64,000 bases of DNA, taken from assembly GCA_030264375.1 (NCBI GenBank), contig JASCQW010000098.1, forward strand, positions 13,097,653-13,161,652, in the 5' to 3' direction. The notes under the pieces were generated by a model. The model worked only from the letters and a program-made list of their open reading frames with translations. It did not search any database and had not been told where the DNA came from. Shown here in pieces: positions 36,027-48,100 of the stretch. Numbering within the stretch: the first letter of the stretch is position 1; the number at the start of each line of letters is the position of its first letter. The DNA is from Carcharhinus longimanus. Its lineage: Eukaryota. The position numbers were made by a program, and so were the translations under genes.

Positions 36027-36222
36027 CTTTCAAATGAGAGCAAACATCAAACTTCAAGCTAACAGCAATACCGTGCATCAAGAAGAATAATAAAACTACA
36101 AGTCATTCTTTTAAAAATCTTAGGTATTACTTTCTGGAAAGAGGACGTGGAATTTGGAATTAAGGATTTTAAAATAATTTAGAAAAATAAGTGATTTAAT
36201 ATAACGAAAGACAACACAATCG

Positions 36223-36520
36223 GGGCAGCACGGTGGCACAGTGGTTGGCACTGCTGCCTCACCATGTCACTTCCAGCCTCCGGTCACTGTGTGGAGTTTG
36301 CATTCTCCTTGTGTCTGCATGGGTGTCCTCCGGGTGCTCCAGTTTCCTCCCACAATCCAAAGATGTGTGGGTTAGGTTGAATGGCCACACTAAACTAAGG
36401 GTCAGGGAGATTACTAGGGTAAATATAAGGGATTACAGGAATAGATCCTGGGTGGGATTGTGGTCAGTGCAGACTCGATGGCCTAAATGGCCTCCTTCTG
36501 CATGTAGGGCTTCTATTCTA
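36223..36520 (+). mobile_element. HE1/V-SINE-type SINE
   Basis: gggcagcacggtggcacagtggttggcactgctgcc...V-domain...tail. Confidence 0.9.
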
Positions 36521-36912
36521 TTACCATAGAATCAGCAGATAATCAATACAAATGCCTTAAACTGGAAGCAGTATCTTCAATGAAGAATCAGGTTTTCATG
36601 CCGTACAACACACTGCAAATTAATTAATTACTGCTGATACAGAAATGGATCCAAAATTGCAAAACCAAAAATCTGCTTCAGATGAATGCTATGTTTTACT
36701 AGACCACACTGCGCATCAAACCTGCAAAGTTCCTAGGTACGAAAAGTAATGCAACGATCAGGAAGATGCATAAAGAGAAGTAAAAAGCAAGCTGAGAAGA
36801 GCTTCAAGTTTATTTAAAGACCATTACAGGAACTATCTTAATTCCTGAACTGTATTCCTAGAATGTCATTTGCTTGTAGCTATTAATGTAACATGTAATA
36901 CATTAAATTTAC

Positions 36913-37028
36913 CTGTTTCGATCCCATCTATAGTGACATGGATACTGTAAAGGCCTACAGCTCCAGGAGTCCAGTTTGCACTGTAGGTTCCATCATTATT
37001 AGCCCGAATTAACATATTTTCACTTGGC
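36913..37028 (-). CDS. MYCBP2: MYCBP2 exon, filamin-like repeat: (R)PSENMLIRANNDGTYSANWTPGAVGLYSIHVTIDGIET(D)
   Basis: ttcag|GCCA...ACAG|gtaaat; 116 nt, phase 2-1. Confidence 0.95.
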
Positions 37029-37123
37029 CTGAAAAAATTAATCAGTAAAATCAATAAAGCCAATACCTCCGGTGATACTTCAGACCAATATTTTTAAGTT
37101 CATGTTTGTTGCTTTCATTTTAC

Positions 37124-37179
37124 CTTTTAGGGGTGGGAGATGCAAATCGAAGCTCTTCAAAAGAATAGTTCTCATATGC
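37124..37179 (-). CDS. MYCBP2: MYCBP2 exon with the RAE1-binding (GLEBS-like) core: AYENYSFEELRFASPTPK(R)
   Basis: cacag|GCATAT...AAAAG|gtaaaa; 56 nt, phase 0-2. Confidence 0.95.
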
Positions 37180-37439
37180 CTGTGTGAAGAGGAATGTAAC
37201 ATTATAGCTACAAAGCAAGTATGTAGTAAGATCTACTAAGTCAGGCCAACATGAAGGCAAAAACATGTTTACACCAACTCCCTAAACACTAACTTTCCAA
37301 TTTAAACCAGGCCAGAAAACCAAACCTGAAGGGATAATTACTCTATCTCACTGGAGTCAGTTATGTGGGCACAGAGCTGTTTAGGATACTTATTAATGGT
37401 TTGCGGTGAAATCAAAATATCGAGAAAGTACGTAACTAC

Positions 37440-37646
37440 CTTCATCATAGTGATTGCAGTATATCGAGCTTCTTTCACTATCATTGGTTCATAAGATGCT
37501 TCCAGTTTGGGAAATGGCAATCCACCAAATGTCAGATCAGTACTTGAAACAGCAACTGGTGGACTGCCAGGGATACGATGCAGTTTTTTAGTGTTCTCCT
37601 GTTGCACAGACTTCTTTTGAGAAAGAGGAACAGCTTTCACCTCAAC
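37440..37646 (-). CDS. MYCBP2: MYCBP2 exon: VEVKAVPLSQKKSVQQEN...EARYTAITMMK
   Basis: tacag|GTTGAG...ATGAAG|gtagtt; 207 nt, phase 0-0. Confidence 0.95.
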
Positions 37647-39246
37647 CTGTAAAGACAGAAATTACCTAGATTTACACAGACCGTTTTTCTTTTTGTTTGA
37701 TGGGTACACATATAAGTAGCATTTCAACTGTAAAAACAGCCATCTAAGAAAATGACAAATTTCAATTACTGGCTCAAAGAAATTACATGACAATGCCTGA
37801 GACTTCATCAGACTTGGCACAGTTTTTATAAGGGGGCCCCTCATTTTGCATCATGAATTCCACCAGAGGTGACTACATTGCAGTTTATATACAATGTTCT
37901 CATACTGACAGAGAATTAAACACTCAGGACGAAAAAGAGAAATCGGGAAATAAAACTTGGCACCATCTTTAAACCTGGATAGGATTCTCCAGCCATTCAT
38001 GCCAGCGGGATTCCATGGTCCTGCTGCAGTGAATGGAGATTTGACCAAATGCCATATTCTCCGTCCTTGCTGGCAGTGGCAGTGAGGTGTGAACGGCTGT
38101 TAGTTTTTCTCCAGTAGTGCACAGTGCCAAGTGGCTGTATTCAGGTTAAAAACAAGAGCTTTTGCAGCTTTTAGCTGGAAGCTCACATACAAGAAAAATT
38201 TATGCTAATTGTTTCAGCCAAGTTTAGAATCCTAATAAGTTTCTCGGTTTCAAAGCACAAATCACCCTCCCACCCAAAGAAAAGACAATTCCTTTTCTAA
38301 ACAATCAGGCCGCCTAAATGCTCTAAAAAGCTCTAATAATATATCCAATTATTGGACTAATAAGTTTTTAATTCAACGCCGTATGATCAGTGAACCCAAA
38401 AAATCTGAGTCGTAAATCAGAGAGAAACCAGGCTTTCCAAAACAAATTCACAATTCCCAGGCTCTCTTCAGTTTCAATCCTGGTTATAAGGGATATCTTC
38501 ACTTAAAGCTGATCAAATTTTTAAAGTGTGAAAAGAAAAACTGATAATAAATCAGCAAATTTAATATAAATGCAAGTATTTTTCAAAGTAGGATATTTGC
38601 AAATCCTACACTATTTAAAAATTAGCGGTTTTGAGCAATTACCTCTTTGAATGGGACTTCACACAGGTTTATTAAGACTGTTGTCCTGGATAAATAAATA
38701 CTTGTGATCTGATGTGTGTGTTGCACACACACCAATAACCATAATTACATTGTTATCTTCCATTGTAAATGTCAATTTAAAAATACAGATAGGGAAACTA
38801 TATTTGAACAAACTTTGGCTGCATTTATATTTGGTCAAACACAGGCCATCCATATTTATGGTTACACAGATGTAGGAACCTGACAGCTTTGATATTAGGA
38901 AAGGCTAATTACATCTATAATATAACAGTAGTGCAGAAGCCAGACATTGCCAGCTTTAAAATACTTATTAAATGGACAGAAAAAAATCCAAGTACTTAAA
39001 GAAAAGCACTATTTGCAAATTTTCAAGCATCACTGGCTCACAGGACATGCAGAAAATTCTCATCATTGAAATTAGGAATTTATATTCAGTACCGTAGTGT
39101 TTCCCATTCACTTGTACCATCTAGGTGACAATTTCCCAATTCTTTTCAGTACATATGGATTTTTAAATCATATGTAACTTTGTGTACACAAAATATTATT
39201 AAATTATGTTCATACTTTGATCACCAGTTTCCAAGTTACTTTATAC

Positions 39247-39391
39247 CTTCAGGTTCGGAACATGAACTACATCTCCATATTGGTCCTTAGTCTGAACAGT
39301 GATGGTAGCAGGCCAGCCACACCTGATATAATCCTTATTCAGTATCAAGGAAGTTTTCTGAGGATCTGCGTAAGAATCTGGTTGTAGCCAC
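39247..39391 (-). CDS. MYCBP2: MYCBP2 exon: (R)WLQPDSYADPQKTSLILNKDYIRCGWPATITVQTKDQYGDVVHVPNLK
   Basis: gttag|GTGG...CTGAAG|gtataa; 145 nt, phase 2-0. Confidence 0.95.
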
Positions 39392-39492
39392 CTAACATTA
39401 TGAAGGAAGTGGTAACAGAAATTACAAATAAACTTTAACAAAGGCACCATAATTAAGATCATAATATTTTATGTATTAAATCTATGTATTAC

Positions 39493-39665
39493 CTTGCAAG
39501 CCTTCCACCACTAGATCCGGGTAAACAGGCAATGAAATCTTCTAAAAAAGAATGCTCGTTGCTCTGCAGTTGGAGGGGCAGATTACCTTCTAGTGCCTCC
39601 AAGATAGTCGGTGAATGAGACAAAGCAAGGCCCTTTCCCAATAAACCAGCATGGTTTTTACAAAC
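39493..39665 (-). CDS. MYCBP2: MYCBP2 exon: VCKNHAGLLGKGLALSHSPTILEALEG...GSSGGRLA(R)
   Basis: tccag|GTTTG...GCAAG|gtaata; 173 nt, phase 0-2. Confidence 0.95.
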
Positions 39666-39739
39666 CTGGAATGGAAGATGCACGTGAGCAAGGTTAAGAA
39701 AAAAGATCAGTAATTTAAATGTAGCAACTGAGAGCTCAC

Positions 39740-39789
39740 CTGCAGAGCTGATTCTTCAAGAATTTCAAGGTCCTCCTCTAGTTCATTGC
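39740..39789 (-). CDS. MYCBP2: MYCBP2 exon: (G)NELEEDLEILEESALQ
   Basis: ggcag|GCAAT...CTGCAG|gtgagc; 50 nt, phase 1-0. Confidence 0.94.
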
Positions 39790-40001
39790 CTGCCCAAACA
39801 AAGATGATTTAATAGAACAGTAATACAAGTTTGCTTTTACGTAATTAGCTTTCACTATTGCTCTTGGCTCAGCTGAAAGATATTAAAAAAAATCAATATA
39901 CTACGAAGATCCATTATTCAGCAATAATCTATAATAGATCCAGAAAAACAATAAGGACAAGCAAAACGCATATTTCTGACTGACAAAGCAAGCATCCATA
40001 C

Positions 40002-40089
40002 CAACAGGAAGTGCAAGGTCTTTTTTCATTAGTGATGCTGCACACATACTTCCAAGGTATGCCAATTCCTTTTCCAATTGTAGGATTCC
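40002..40089 (-). CDS. MYCBP2: MYCBP2 exon: GILQLEKELAYLGSMCAASLMKKDLALPV(G)
   Basis: ttgcag|GGAATC...GTTG|gtatgg; 88 nt, phase 0-1. Confidence 0.95.
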
Positions 40090-40729
40090 CTGCAAAACAG
40101 ACATTTTTTCGCAATTATTTTGGTTTCAGCAAATATCTAACTTTTAGAAAGTATTATCATGGGAGTAATACTAATGGGAGTTATAAAGATGAGAACAATT
40201 GGCATTTTTCTTCCCGTCAGAAGGTTTAGAAGATAAATTATGACATGGAACTTTACTTCAAAACCACTGATTTTAACTATTGAAGGAGCTTTATGCTGTA
40301 TTTGATTTGATCTTGGGAATTCTGGATAGCCACAATTGCGACAGAAGTATTTTATTTNNNNNNNNNNNNNNNNNNNNNNNNNNNNNNNNNNNNNNNNNNN
40401 NNNNNNNNNNNNNNNNNNNNNNNNNNNNNNNNNNNNNNNNNNNNNNNNNNNNNNNNNGTATTTTATTTTGCATGAATGGACACAGTGCAGGGAACATGCA
40501 TGTGTCCTTCCTGATTCGGGAATCTGGTGAATAGTTAGCAATATTATTGGAAGATAATCCTGTGGGTTTAGTCAGGTGGGATCTGACCATGGCTATCTGA
40601 TCCCCAACCCACATTCTAGTCTCCATCTGTCACTTCACCGAGTCCCATTCTCATCTCTCCATTTCCCAGGCTCCCAAACACCCATCCAAGTTTCTATTGC
40701 GTTGACTCCCCATCACAAATGTCACATAA

Positions 40730-40890
40730 CTGCCAAATTGAGGTACCCACCCTGATCGCTCCAGACACCATGCAGAAAGAATGTGCAGACTTTGTACAGT
40801 GTTCCAAGCCAGGAATTGAATCCAGGTTCCTGGTGCTGTGAGGCAGCAGTGCTAACCACTGAGTACTCCTCTATGTCCACCGTGTCGCCC
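40730..40890 (-). mobile_element. HE1-type SINE 5' part, with a short insertion in the A-box region
   Basis: Reverse complement of gggcgacacggtgg[acatagaggagtact]cagtggttagcactgctgcctcacagc. Confidence 0.8.
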
Positions 40891-41130
40891 AGCCGTTGGA
40901 CATGGAGGAATACTCAGTAAAGTGTACATTTTGCAACTTAAGCAAATAAATTCTAATTTGTATTTTTAAAAAATTTCCACTTTGGTCAGCATTCTCAAAT
41001 TAATTTCAATGCAGCATTTACTGATAAAGCTTTAATTTCTATAAAGCAAAATTGTTAGGGTTTGGTCAGCTCTATTACAGAATACATTTTGTTGTGCAAT
41101 ACTCCCATCAAATACACTGCAAAACATTAC

Positions 41131-41249
41131 CTCATCAGGTCCAGGACTGAATTCGTAACCAACAGCAACACACTTGAAGCCGTAAAAACAAGCCTTCTCA
41201 TCTTTCACATAGTCTGATGCAGTCTCCAAAGAGAAAATAACATCATTTC
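41131..41249 (-). CDS. MYCBP2: MYCBP2 exon: (G)NDVIFSLETASDYVKDEKACFYGFKCVAVGYEFSPGPDE
   Basis: ttctag|GAAAT...GATGAG|gtaatg; 119 nt, phase 1-0. Confidence 0.95.
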
Positions 41250-42096
41250 CTAGAAAAAAAAAAATCACATTTAAATCTCAAAACATAATTTTGCAAAGTA
41301 ACAGGCTCCAATTCCAACACTACTTGCATGGATCAAAATTCAATTAAACAGCACATTTTCAACAAAACAGTAATCCTCTTCTCTTTCCCACATACCCTCC
41401 CCACCTTAATTATATTTTTAGGGCACAGTTCCACTGAAGAAAACATTTGGTTTTGATGTAGAAGGCTTTTCAATATTTTCTCAAAGGAGAATATTTTCAT
41501 CTTTGTAATGCAGGGAATGCTATTTCAAAACTCTTAACTAAGGCAAATATTAAAATATTACAGTCGTACTCAGTTCTTCAAAGATGTTTCACTTCAACTG
41601 CTGTGATCAATGAAGGCGATAAAAGGAGCGTAAAGTAATCATGACCATATTATAGTCATAAAACAATCTGATACACCAAATAAAAAGATGCACTGAATTC
41701 TAATATTTGACAGCACAGGAATTTGGGAAGATATAAAAGGTGGGTAATAAAATCCTACACACAAAACATTTGTTTTGTTCATTTTCTTAAAAAGTTCCCC
41801 ATTCCAGTGTTTTCGTTTTACAAAATATTGCTTTGTGCTCCCAACTCAATTTTCTTCCTAATCTTTTTTAAATGTGCGACTTTCCTTTCACTCCACCCAT
41901 GCCTGCTGTGACTCAAGTGTCGCACTCTTTATCAGAGCATAGTACACCAAGTGGAGGCAAGGACTTGACAGGAGATATTCAACATCCAAAGATGTCAGAC
42001 AATAAAGCTTTCAAGAACTGCTTCAGCTTGAATGTGGACTTTTGAATTAAGGTTTCTATTGATGGCCAGAGATGTCAGTCAAGCATTATTCAATAA

Positions 42097-42286
42097 TGGG
42101 TGAGATTTTTCAGCTGTTCACACAAACAGGATCTTCTGGCTCCACTGTCATAGGTTTCCTGGCAGTGGGAGGTGGATTGAAATCTCACCGACAAGGCAGG
42201 ACTAGAAGATCCCCACTGCCAGCCAATGGTGGGTCACTTTCTGCCAAGAGACAAGCTGTTGCATGGGGGCCATAAAATCTCACCCA
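42097..42286. mobile_element. MITE-like non-autonomous element with 13-bp terminal inverted repeats
   Basis: tgggtgagatttt (42097-42109) / aaaatctcaccca (42274-42286); similar decayed copies near 37975-38110 and 46683-46880. Confidence 0.55.
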
Positions 42287-42573
42287 ACATTTCAGACCAG
42301 CCAAAGTCAGAAATATAGCCTTTACTTGTAGTATTGGGCTTACAGAACCAATCATGTTGCAGCTGAATTGATCTGCATATTATTTTCCTTTCAACGAGAA
42401 GGCCCGAGGCTCTGCGTATCAAGACAGCGATTCACCCAACAACATTTTTTCTTGCTACTTGCCGTGAAAACTTTATTAATCATCCCTTTGAAGTTTAAAG
42501 ACTACAGCAGTGTCCATACAAACATGAAACATAGCATGTATCTCTTAAAAAAGAGAGAACTCTCCCCCCATAC

Positions 42574-42796
42574 CTGGTAAAACAAGGACTGTAGTTGGCC
42601 ATCCAGTAGAACCAGAAAACTTTTTCAATTCTATCCATGAATTAAGACTATCATGGCTTGTATTTTTAGGCCCAAATCCAGAACTTTGAAAAGTTTTATT
42701 CGGAATCAGCAAACGGAGCACATCCTCTGGTTGTGCAGTACCACACAATGGGTCAAACTCTATAGTCATCCACCTGACACAATCTGGAAAAGTTAC
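42574..42796 (-). CDS. MYCBP2: MYCBP2 exon: VTFPDCVRWMTIEFDPLCGTAQPEDVLRLLIP...GWPTTVLVLP(G)
   Basis: cctag|GTAACT...CCAG|gtatgg; 223 nt, phase 0-1. Confidence 0.95.
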
Positions 42797-43269
42797 CTAG
42801 GTAAGAAACAAGCACTATTATTTTGATCTTTCAAACAGTAGCTATTTGAAGGATCTTAGGGTCTGAGTTTTAGTCTAATCCAAATGAATAGATGACTACC
42901 TGCATAATGATTTTAATGAAAATATATTTGAGCAATTTTTATCCTTTTATTATAGCTGCGATTCAGTACAAATTTCCTAGGTCAGAAGAATGGTTGACAG
43001 CAGAAAATGTCACACTGCAAAGCATGAGAAAGGGATATTTAGCACATCAAACCTATTCTTATAAAATACCAGCCAATCTGCTCTTCACACTAGTCAACCT
43101 TTGAGCATCTGTACCAAAATTCTACAAAGATATTCTTTCTAGCATCCTTAGACATATTAATTAAAATTTCTGGTTTAGCCTTAGATCCTACACTAAGCTT
43201 TTGAGTTGTATTTTTACATTTCCAAAACCTCATCAGGTCAGGAACTACATTCGACACTGAAGAATGAGG

Positions 43270-43600
43270 AATCAGAGCAGCAGGAGGCGATACGACCTTT
43301 CAAGCTTGTTCCACATTAAATATAGTCATGGCTGATCTTCTACCATAACTCCACTTCTCCAGTTATCCCCATATCTTCTGGTTCCTATGGTGCCTGAGGG
43401 TCTATCAATCACAGTGTTGAATATACTTAACACTCGAACATTCGGAGGGCTCTGGAGTAGAGAATTCCAAGCCTGTTAGTGAAGAAATTACTCACTGCCA
43501 CTCTAAATGGCCCAAACCCTTATCCTGAGCCTATGTTCCTTAATTTTAGGCTCTTCAGCCAAAGGAAACAGACTCTTAGCATCTAAAATACATCACTCAT
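43270..43600 (-). mobile_element. Decayed CR1 3' end
   Basis: agagcagcaggaggc...catggctgatctt...tagagaattccaa...gtgaagaaatt. Confidence 0.65.
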
Positions 43601-43824
43601 TTAGGTTTGTTCTTATAATTCTCAATTCCATTCACCAGATGTTTAGCAAGGGAGATTGCCAACACAAGGACCAAAGTTTAACCAATATTGATAAGTCTGC
43701 TTTTCCTGAAGCCACTTTGGGCTCAAAAGGTCTGATACAATGGACAGAAGTTTTTATTTAGAAGATTAGTTTGTACTGTGTTTTAAAACACACGTCTGCA
43801 ATACAATAAATTTTTAATTGGTAC

Positions 43825-44043
43825 CTTTAATTGGCTGACGCCAGCTGGTTTATAAGGATGGTCACTCTCCACCACAGCATAATGGCTAGAAGTAGTACAA
43901 GCAGAAAGGCCTTGTTCTGGCTGATTCCCTGTTGCACTGTCTGTGGACTGATTAGGATTGAAGGCAGGTGGAGCATATTTTTGGTTTAAAGTTGCGACAG
44001 GAGGCAGAAGCTCTTGTACAAGACCAAAAACTTCAACTGCAGC
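43825..44043 (-). CDS. MYCBP2: MYCBP2 exon: AAVEVFGLVQELLPPVATLNQKYAPPAFNPNQSTDS...ESDHPYKPAGVSQLK
   Basis: aatag|GCTGCA...TTAAAG|gtacca; 219 nt, phase 0-0. Confidence 0.95.
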
Positions 44044-44146
44044 CTATTTGATAAAAAAAGACTTGCCGTAAAACTCAGATAACGAGTACTAAAATAAGCA
44101 CATGATAAAATCATTGTTGATTATGCTGGAAAAGAGAATTACTTAC

Positions 44147-44247
44147 TTTTGGGACATTAGCAGCCACTGGTGCAATGTAAGCCAAAATAAGTGGAAGCAG
44201 CATGGATAATAGACTGGAAGAGCTGAGTAGTTCTGGAATATCCTCAG
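44147..44247 (-). CDS. MYCBP2: MYCBP2 exon: (A)EDIPELLSSSSLLSMLLPLILAYIAPVAANVPK
   Basis: tttag|CTGAG...CCAAAA|gtaagt; 101 nt, phase 1-0. Confidence 0.94.
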
Positions 44248-45052
44248 CTAAATAAAAAATAAATCACTTTGTCCATTCAGTTTGTAAATTTTACCAAGTA
44301 AATAGTATTACATAAAAAAGTTATTGCTTAGAAGATGTGGTCGTCTAGACAATTCTAGACTGTAGAACAATATTAAGACTGACAATAACAAATATTTCTA
44401 TCGCGACTGCTCGTGCAACTCGTGTAGCGAGTTTAACTTTTGACGTACGCAGTATCCTGCAATGTGTGTACGTTAATTATGGACGGTTCTGCATCAAGGC
44501 GTGTCGCTCCAATAAACNNNNNNNNNNTTCCTTGCAGCCTGGTTCAGTTTCCTGACAGGTAGTGCATGACTTTGGTTAATATTTCTACTACTAGACCATG
44601 GCTAAATCAAGAGTGTTGCCATTAAAGGGGAGGTTTGCTCATCTCTTTACCAAAGCACTGTGGATAAATATCCAGAGCAATTGTGCAGTTTGAGTACACA
44701 ATTATTGGAACGTACATGTTCACTGGTGTCAAAGTCAGAGCGTTTATTTTCAGCTCAAGATTTACAATATCTCACTTTTGAATCTGTCCTGACAATTTTA
44801 GGAGCAGAACATTGGATTTTTCCCAAACTACGCTGGCATTCTCAACAGTAAAATAACTGTCTGAAACATCTTATGAGGGAATGGTAAAATGTATAAGGCT
44901 TCAAATTCATTTTGCTATTGCATTTGATGAAATTAAGTCAACAAGACTGCCAACACCTACCACCATGCTCAGGTCAACCATTTTCCCCTTATAAGATCCA
45001 TACACCAATGACAAACATTTTAAATTACTGATTTAAGAAAATGCATACATAC

Positions 45053-45195
45053 CATCTACTGCCAGGGCCCTATGCAACAAATCCTTAGCTGCACGAACCA
45101 CTGCAGAAACGACAGAAAGAGCGCGGCTGCAATTTTTATCTTCCTCATTGGCTTTGCTAAGAAGCTGTGATTGTAGATCTCCATCAAACTCACTT
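45053..45195 (-). CDS. MYCBP2: MYCBP2 exon: (R)SEFDGDLQSQLLSKANEEDKNCSRALSVVSAVVRAAKDLLHRALAVD(A)
   Basis: ttttag|AAGT...GATG|gtatgt; 143 nt, phase 2-1. Confidence 0.95.
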
Positions 45196-48100
45196 CTAAA
45201 AATTAAATTGACACGTTACTGGCAATGTCTCTGTACATTGTTATTACCTAATCTATTTTAACAGAAAACCAGAAGACAACCAATCACCGCACCAAAGTAA
45301 AGACTTACATTTGAGTACAGCCAAGAAAATTCTGACATGTTTTATTTAAAAATGTATCATATAACCATAGTTGATTTAAATCCAGAGATTCCCCGAGACA
45401 AAATGGGACCGATAGTTCAAATGGCATAAAAGTTTCAGGAAAAATACTTTTAATCAATCACAGAAATATATTTGGGCTCCAAAATGAATTTGCCCAGAGA
45501 TCAATCCAGGCTTGGCGGTCATGGATTTTATCCCCAATGGGCAAGCTGATCTGAGTCCTATGGCAATATCTTAAAATTTGTAATGGTACTGTTGGGTTAG
45601 AAAGAAAAGTCTATTTGTGTTCCTGCTCCAGATTGCTAACTAGGCACTCCAACTGCATGCGTACGGACATCAACTGAAGATGCCATGACTATGTACTATT
45701 CCTCTGTCTTTATGAAAACCAGCCAGAACTTTCACCAACCAGCAGCAAGACTAATTCACCATAAACTCCAAACACTGACTTCTATTCCCCCAGCTGCTTT
45801 CTCAGATTCAACCACCATGCAGTCTGTCTTGTGAATCCTCACCTAAGTTTTGGACTCTAATAGAAGAAAATGCCCATTTCCACCTCAGATATTGCCCACT
45901 TCCATCTAACCTCAGTCCGTCACTCCTGAAACTCCCAACCTCCCCTTTGCCATCTCAATGCTCTATTCATCTAAACATCCTGACAACAAATTCCCTAGCA
46001 ATAGTTTATAAAAATACCACTCGTCTGGAGCTTTACCATCTGTACCCTAAACTGTACACCGTTTTTTCATTGCCCAGTTTTACCCAATGCATCAAAATAA
46101 AAATTCTCACCAAGTAGTCACACATGGTCTCACTCCATCGTTCTCTGTGGTTTTCTTCATCCCATCTTTTCCAAACTGCTTTGCGTTCCATAGAACCATA
46201 GAAAATTACAGCTCAGAAACAGGCCCTTTTGGCCCTTCTTGTCTGTGCCGAACAATTTTTTGCCTAGTCCCACTGACCTGCACTTGGACCATATCCCTAC
46301 ATCCTCCCTCTATTTCGCCATTTAATCACAGAATTGTTATGGTGCAGATGAAGGCCGTTCAGACCAGCGTCACCATCAGCTCTCCAAATTTACTGCCATT
46401 CTAATTTCTCCCCAAAACACTGCATATTGCTCCTTTTCAGTTAACAGCCCAATTCCCTTGCATAATTCAACTGAACTTGCCTCCTGCACACCGTCAGGCA
46501 GTGCCATTCCAAGAACCTTCAACTTCACATTCTCTGCAACTCTCTACCTAAAGCACACTTACTCTATCTCACCCACCTTGTAAAAAATTTCAAGGTCTTT
46601 AGCTACCTTGTAATTCTTCTCCTAATTCCTATTGTAGAGCTTGGATCTCAGGCTTCCATGGATAAACAGCCTGTCGACACATAGGGGATGACTTTCTGGT
46701 TCTTCCTGCCAGTGGAATATTCTGGCCCTGCCGATTGAGCCCTCCTTCTCTCCCTGTGGGGCTCCCAATGGTATGGAGATTCAATGGGAAATCCCACTAA
46801 CTGTAACAGGACCAGACTATCGCGCCAGTGACCAATGGCAGATCACCTCCTGCCACTGTGACACCTCTGGCCTCCCAGAGTATTTCATCCATGTTAAGCG
46901 CTACAAATGATGGGCACTAGAGCAATACTGCCTTGTATTTATGGAACCATATCCAAAGCCACAAATCAACTTTTTCAGGAAACAANNNNNNNNNNNNNNN
47001 NNNNNNNNNNNNNNNNNNNNNNNNNNNNNNNNNNNNNNNNNNNNNNNNNNNNNNNNNNNNNNNNNNNNNNNNNNNNNNNNNNNNNCACGAGAGCAATACT
47101 GCCTGGTATTTAGGGAACCCTATCCAGAGCCACAACGCAACATTTTCAGGAAACAATGGAACAAAGGGATTCCGCCCCTTCAACCGCAACTCCCCACCTC
47201 TTCCACTAAATATGAACATTATAATAACATGTTTTTGGAGATTTTAAGATACGCAAAAGGTCTATTTTTGGTTGGATAAAGTTAAAACTTCTCAACCTTA
47301 TCTGTTATTCAGGAATAAGGCACTTTATCAGCAAAAGACAGAAATCAGGAGAAATATGACAATTATTCATTTTACCTGCCCAGGAGTGGATTATACCCTT
47401 ATTACTACCTAACCAATAACTAAGCACAGATAAAGAATAACAGGGGACACCTTTCAGAGGTTTGTCTCTTTTGCTTTGTGGCTTAGATAAGGGTAAAGTC
47501 ACTGCCACTAGGTTCAGAGAACCTGCTTCATGACAATGAGAAAACTTTAAAGTGGGGGTTGATGAGAAATGGGGGAAGAACCAATACATACAAAAAGAAG
47601 TATACATGCTAAACAAATTCCTCATTAGTAAACGCACAGACATAAAAGGTCACTGAGAAGCTTTAAATACAAAGGACAAAATAATGTGCAAACAGTGATA
47701 ATGGAAAGATATTGACAAGGTCAATAAGTCATAACAGACGAGGTCAATAATTCATAACAGTATAAAAAAACCAAGGAAAATGTTTTTTTGTTCTGTCTTG
47801 TTATCTAGCCTTTACTGGGGTTCATATAAAAAAAATTTTATCTCCTATTCCCATTTTGATCTTTCCTTTTGATTTCCTACACTTCATCCGAAGTTTGAGT
47901 TGCGTTTTNNNNNNNNNNNNNNNNATTTTCTGCTGGATATTAAGTAGGCCCCTGGTCTGGAATTTGCCAATAGTAACTTCAGATCTTTGTTATAGGCTCC
48001 ATTTTCTTCCTAGCAGGGTTCTTGTGAAGTGGGAAGGGAAAAACCAGATTAACATTTGATTCAAAGCTCCTTTGTAAGGGCTCAGCATTGGCACAGATTT

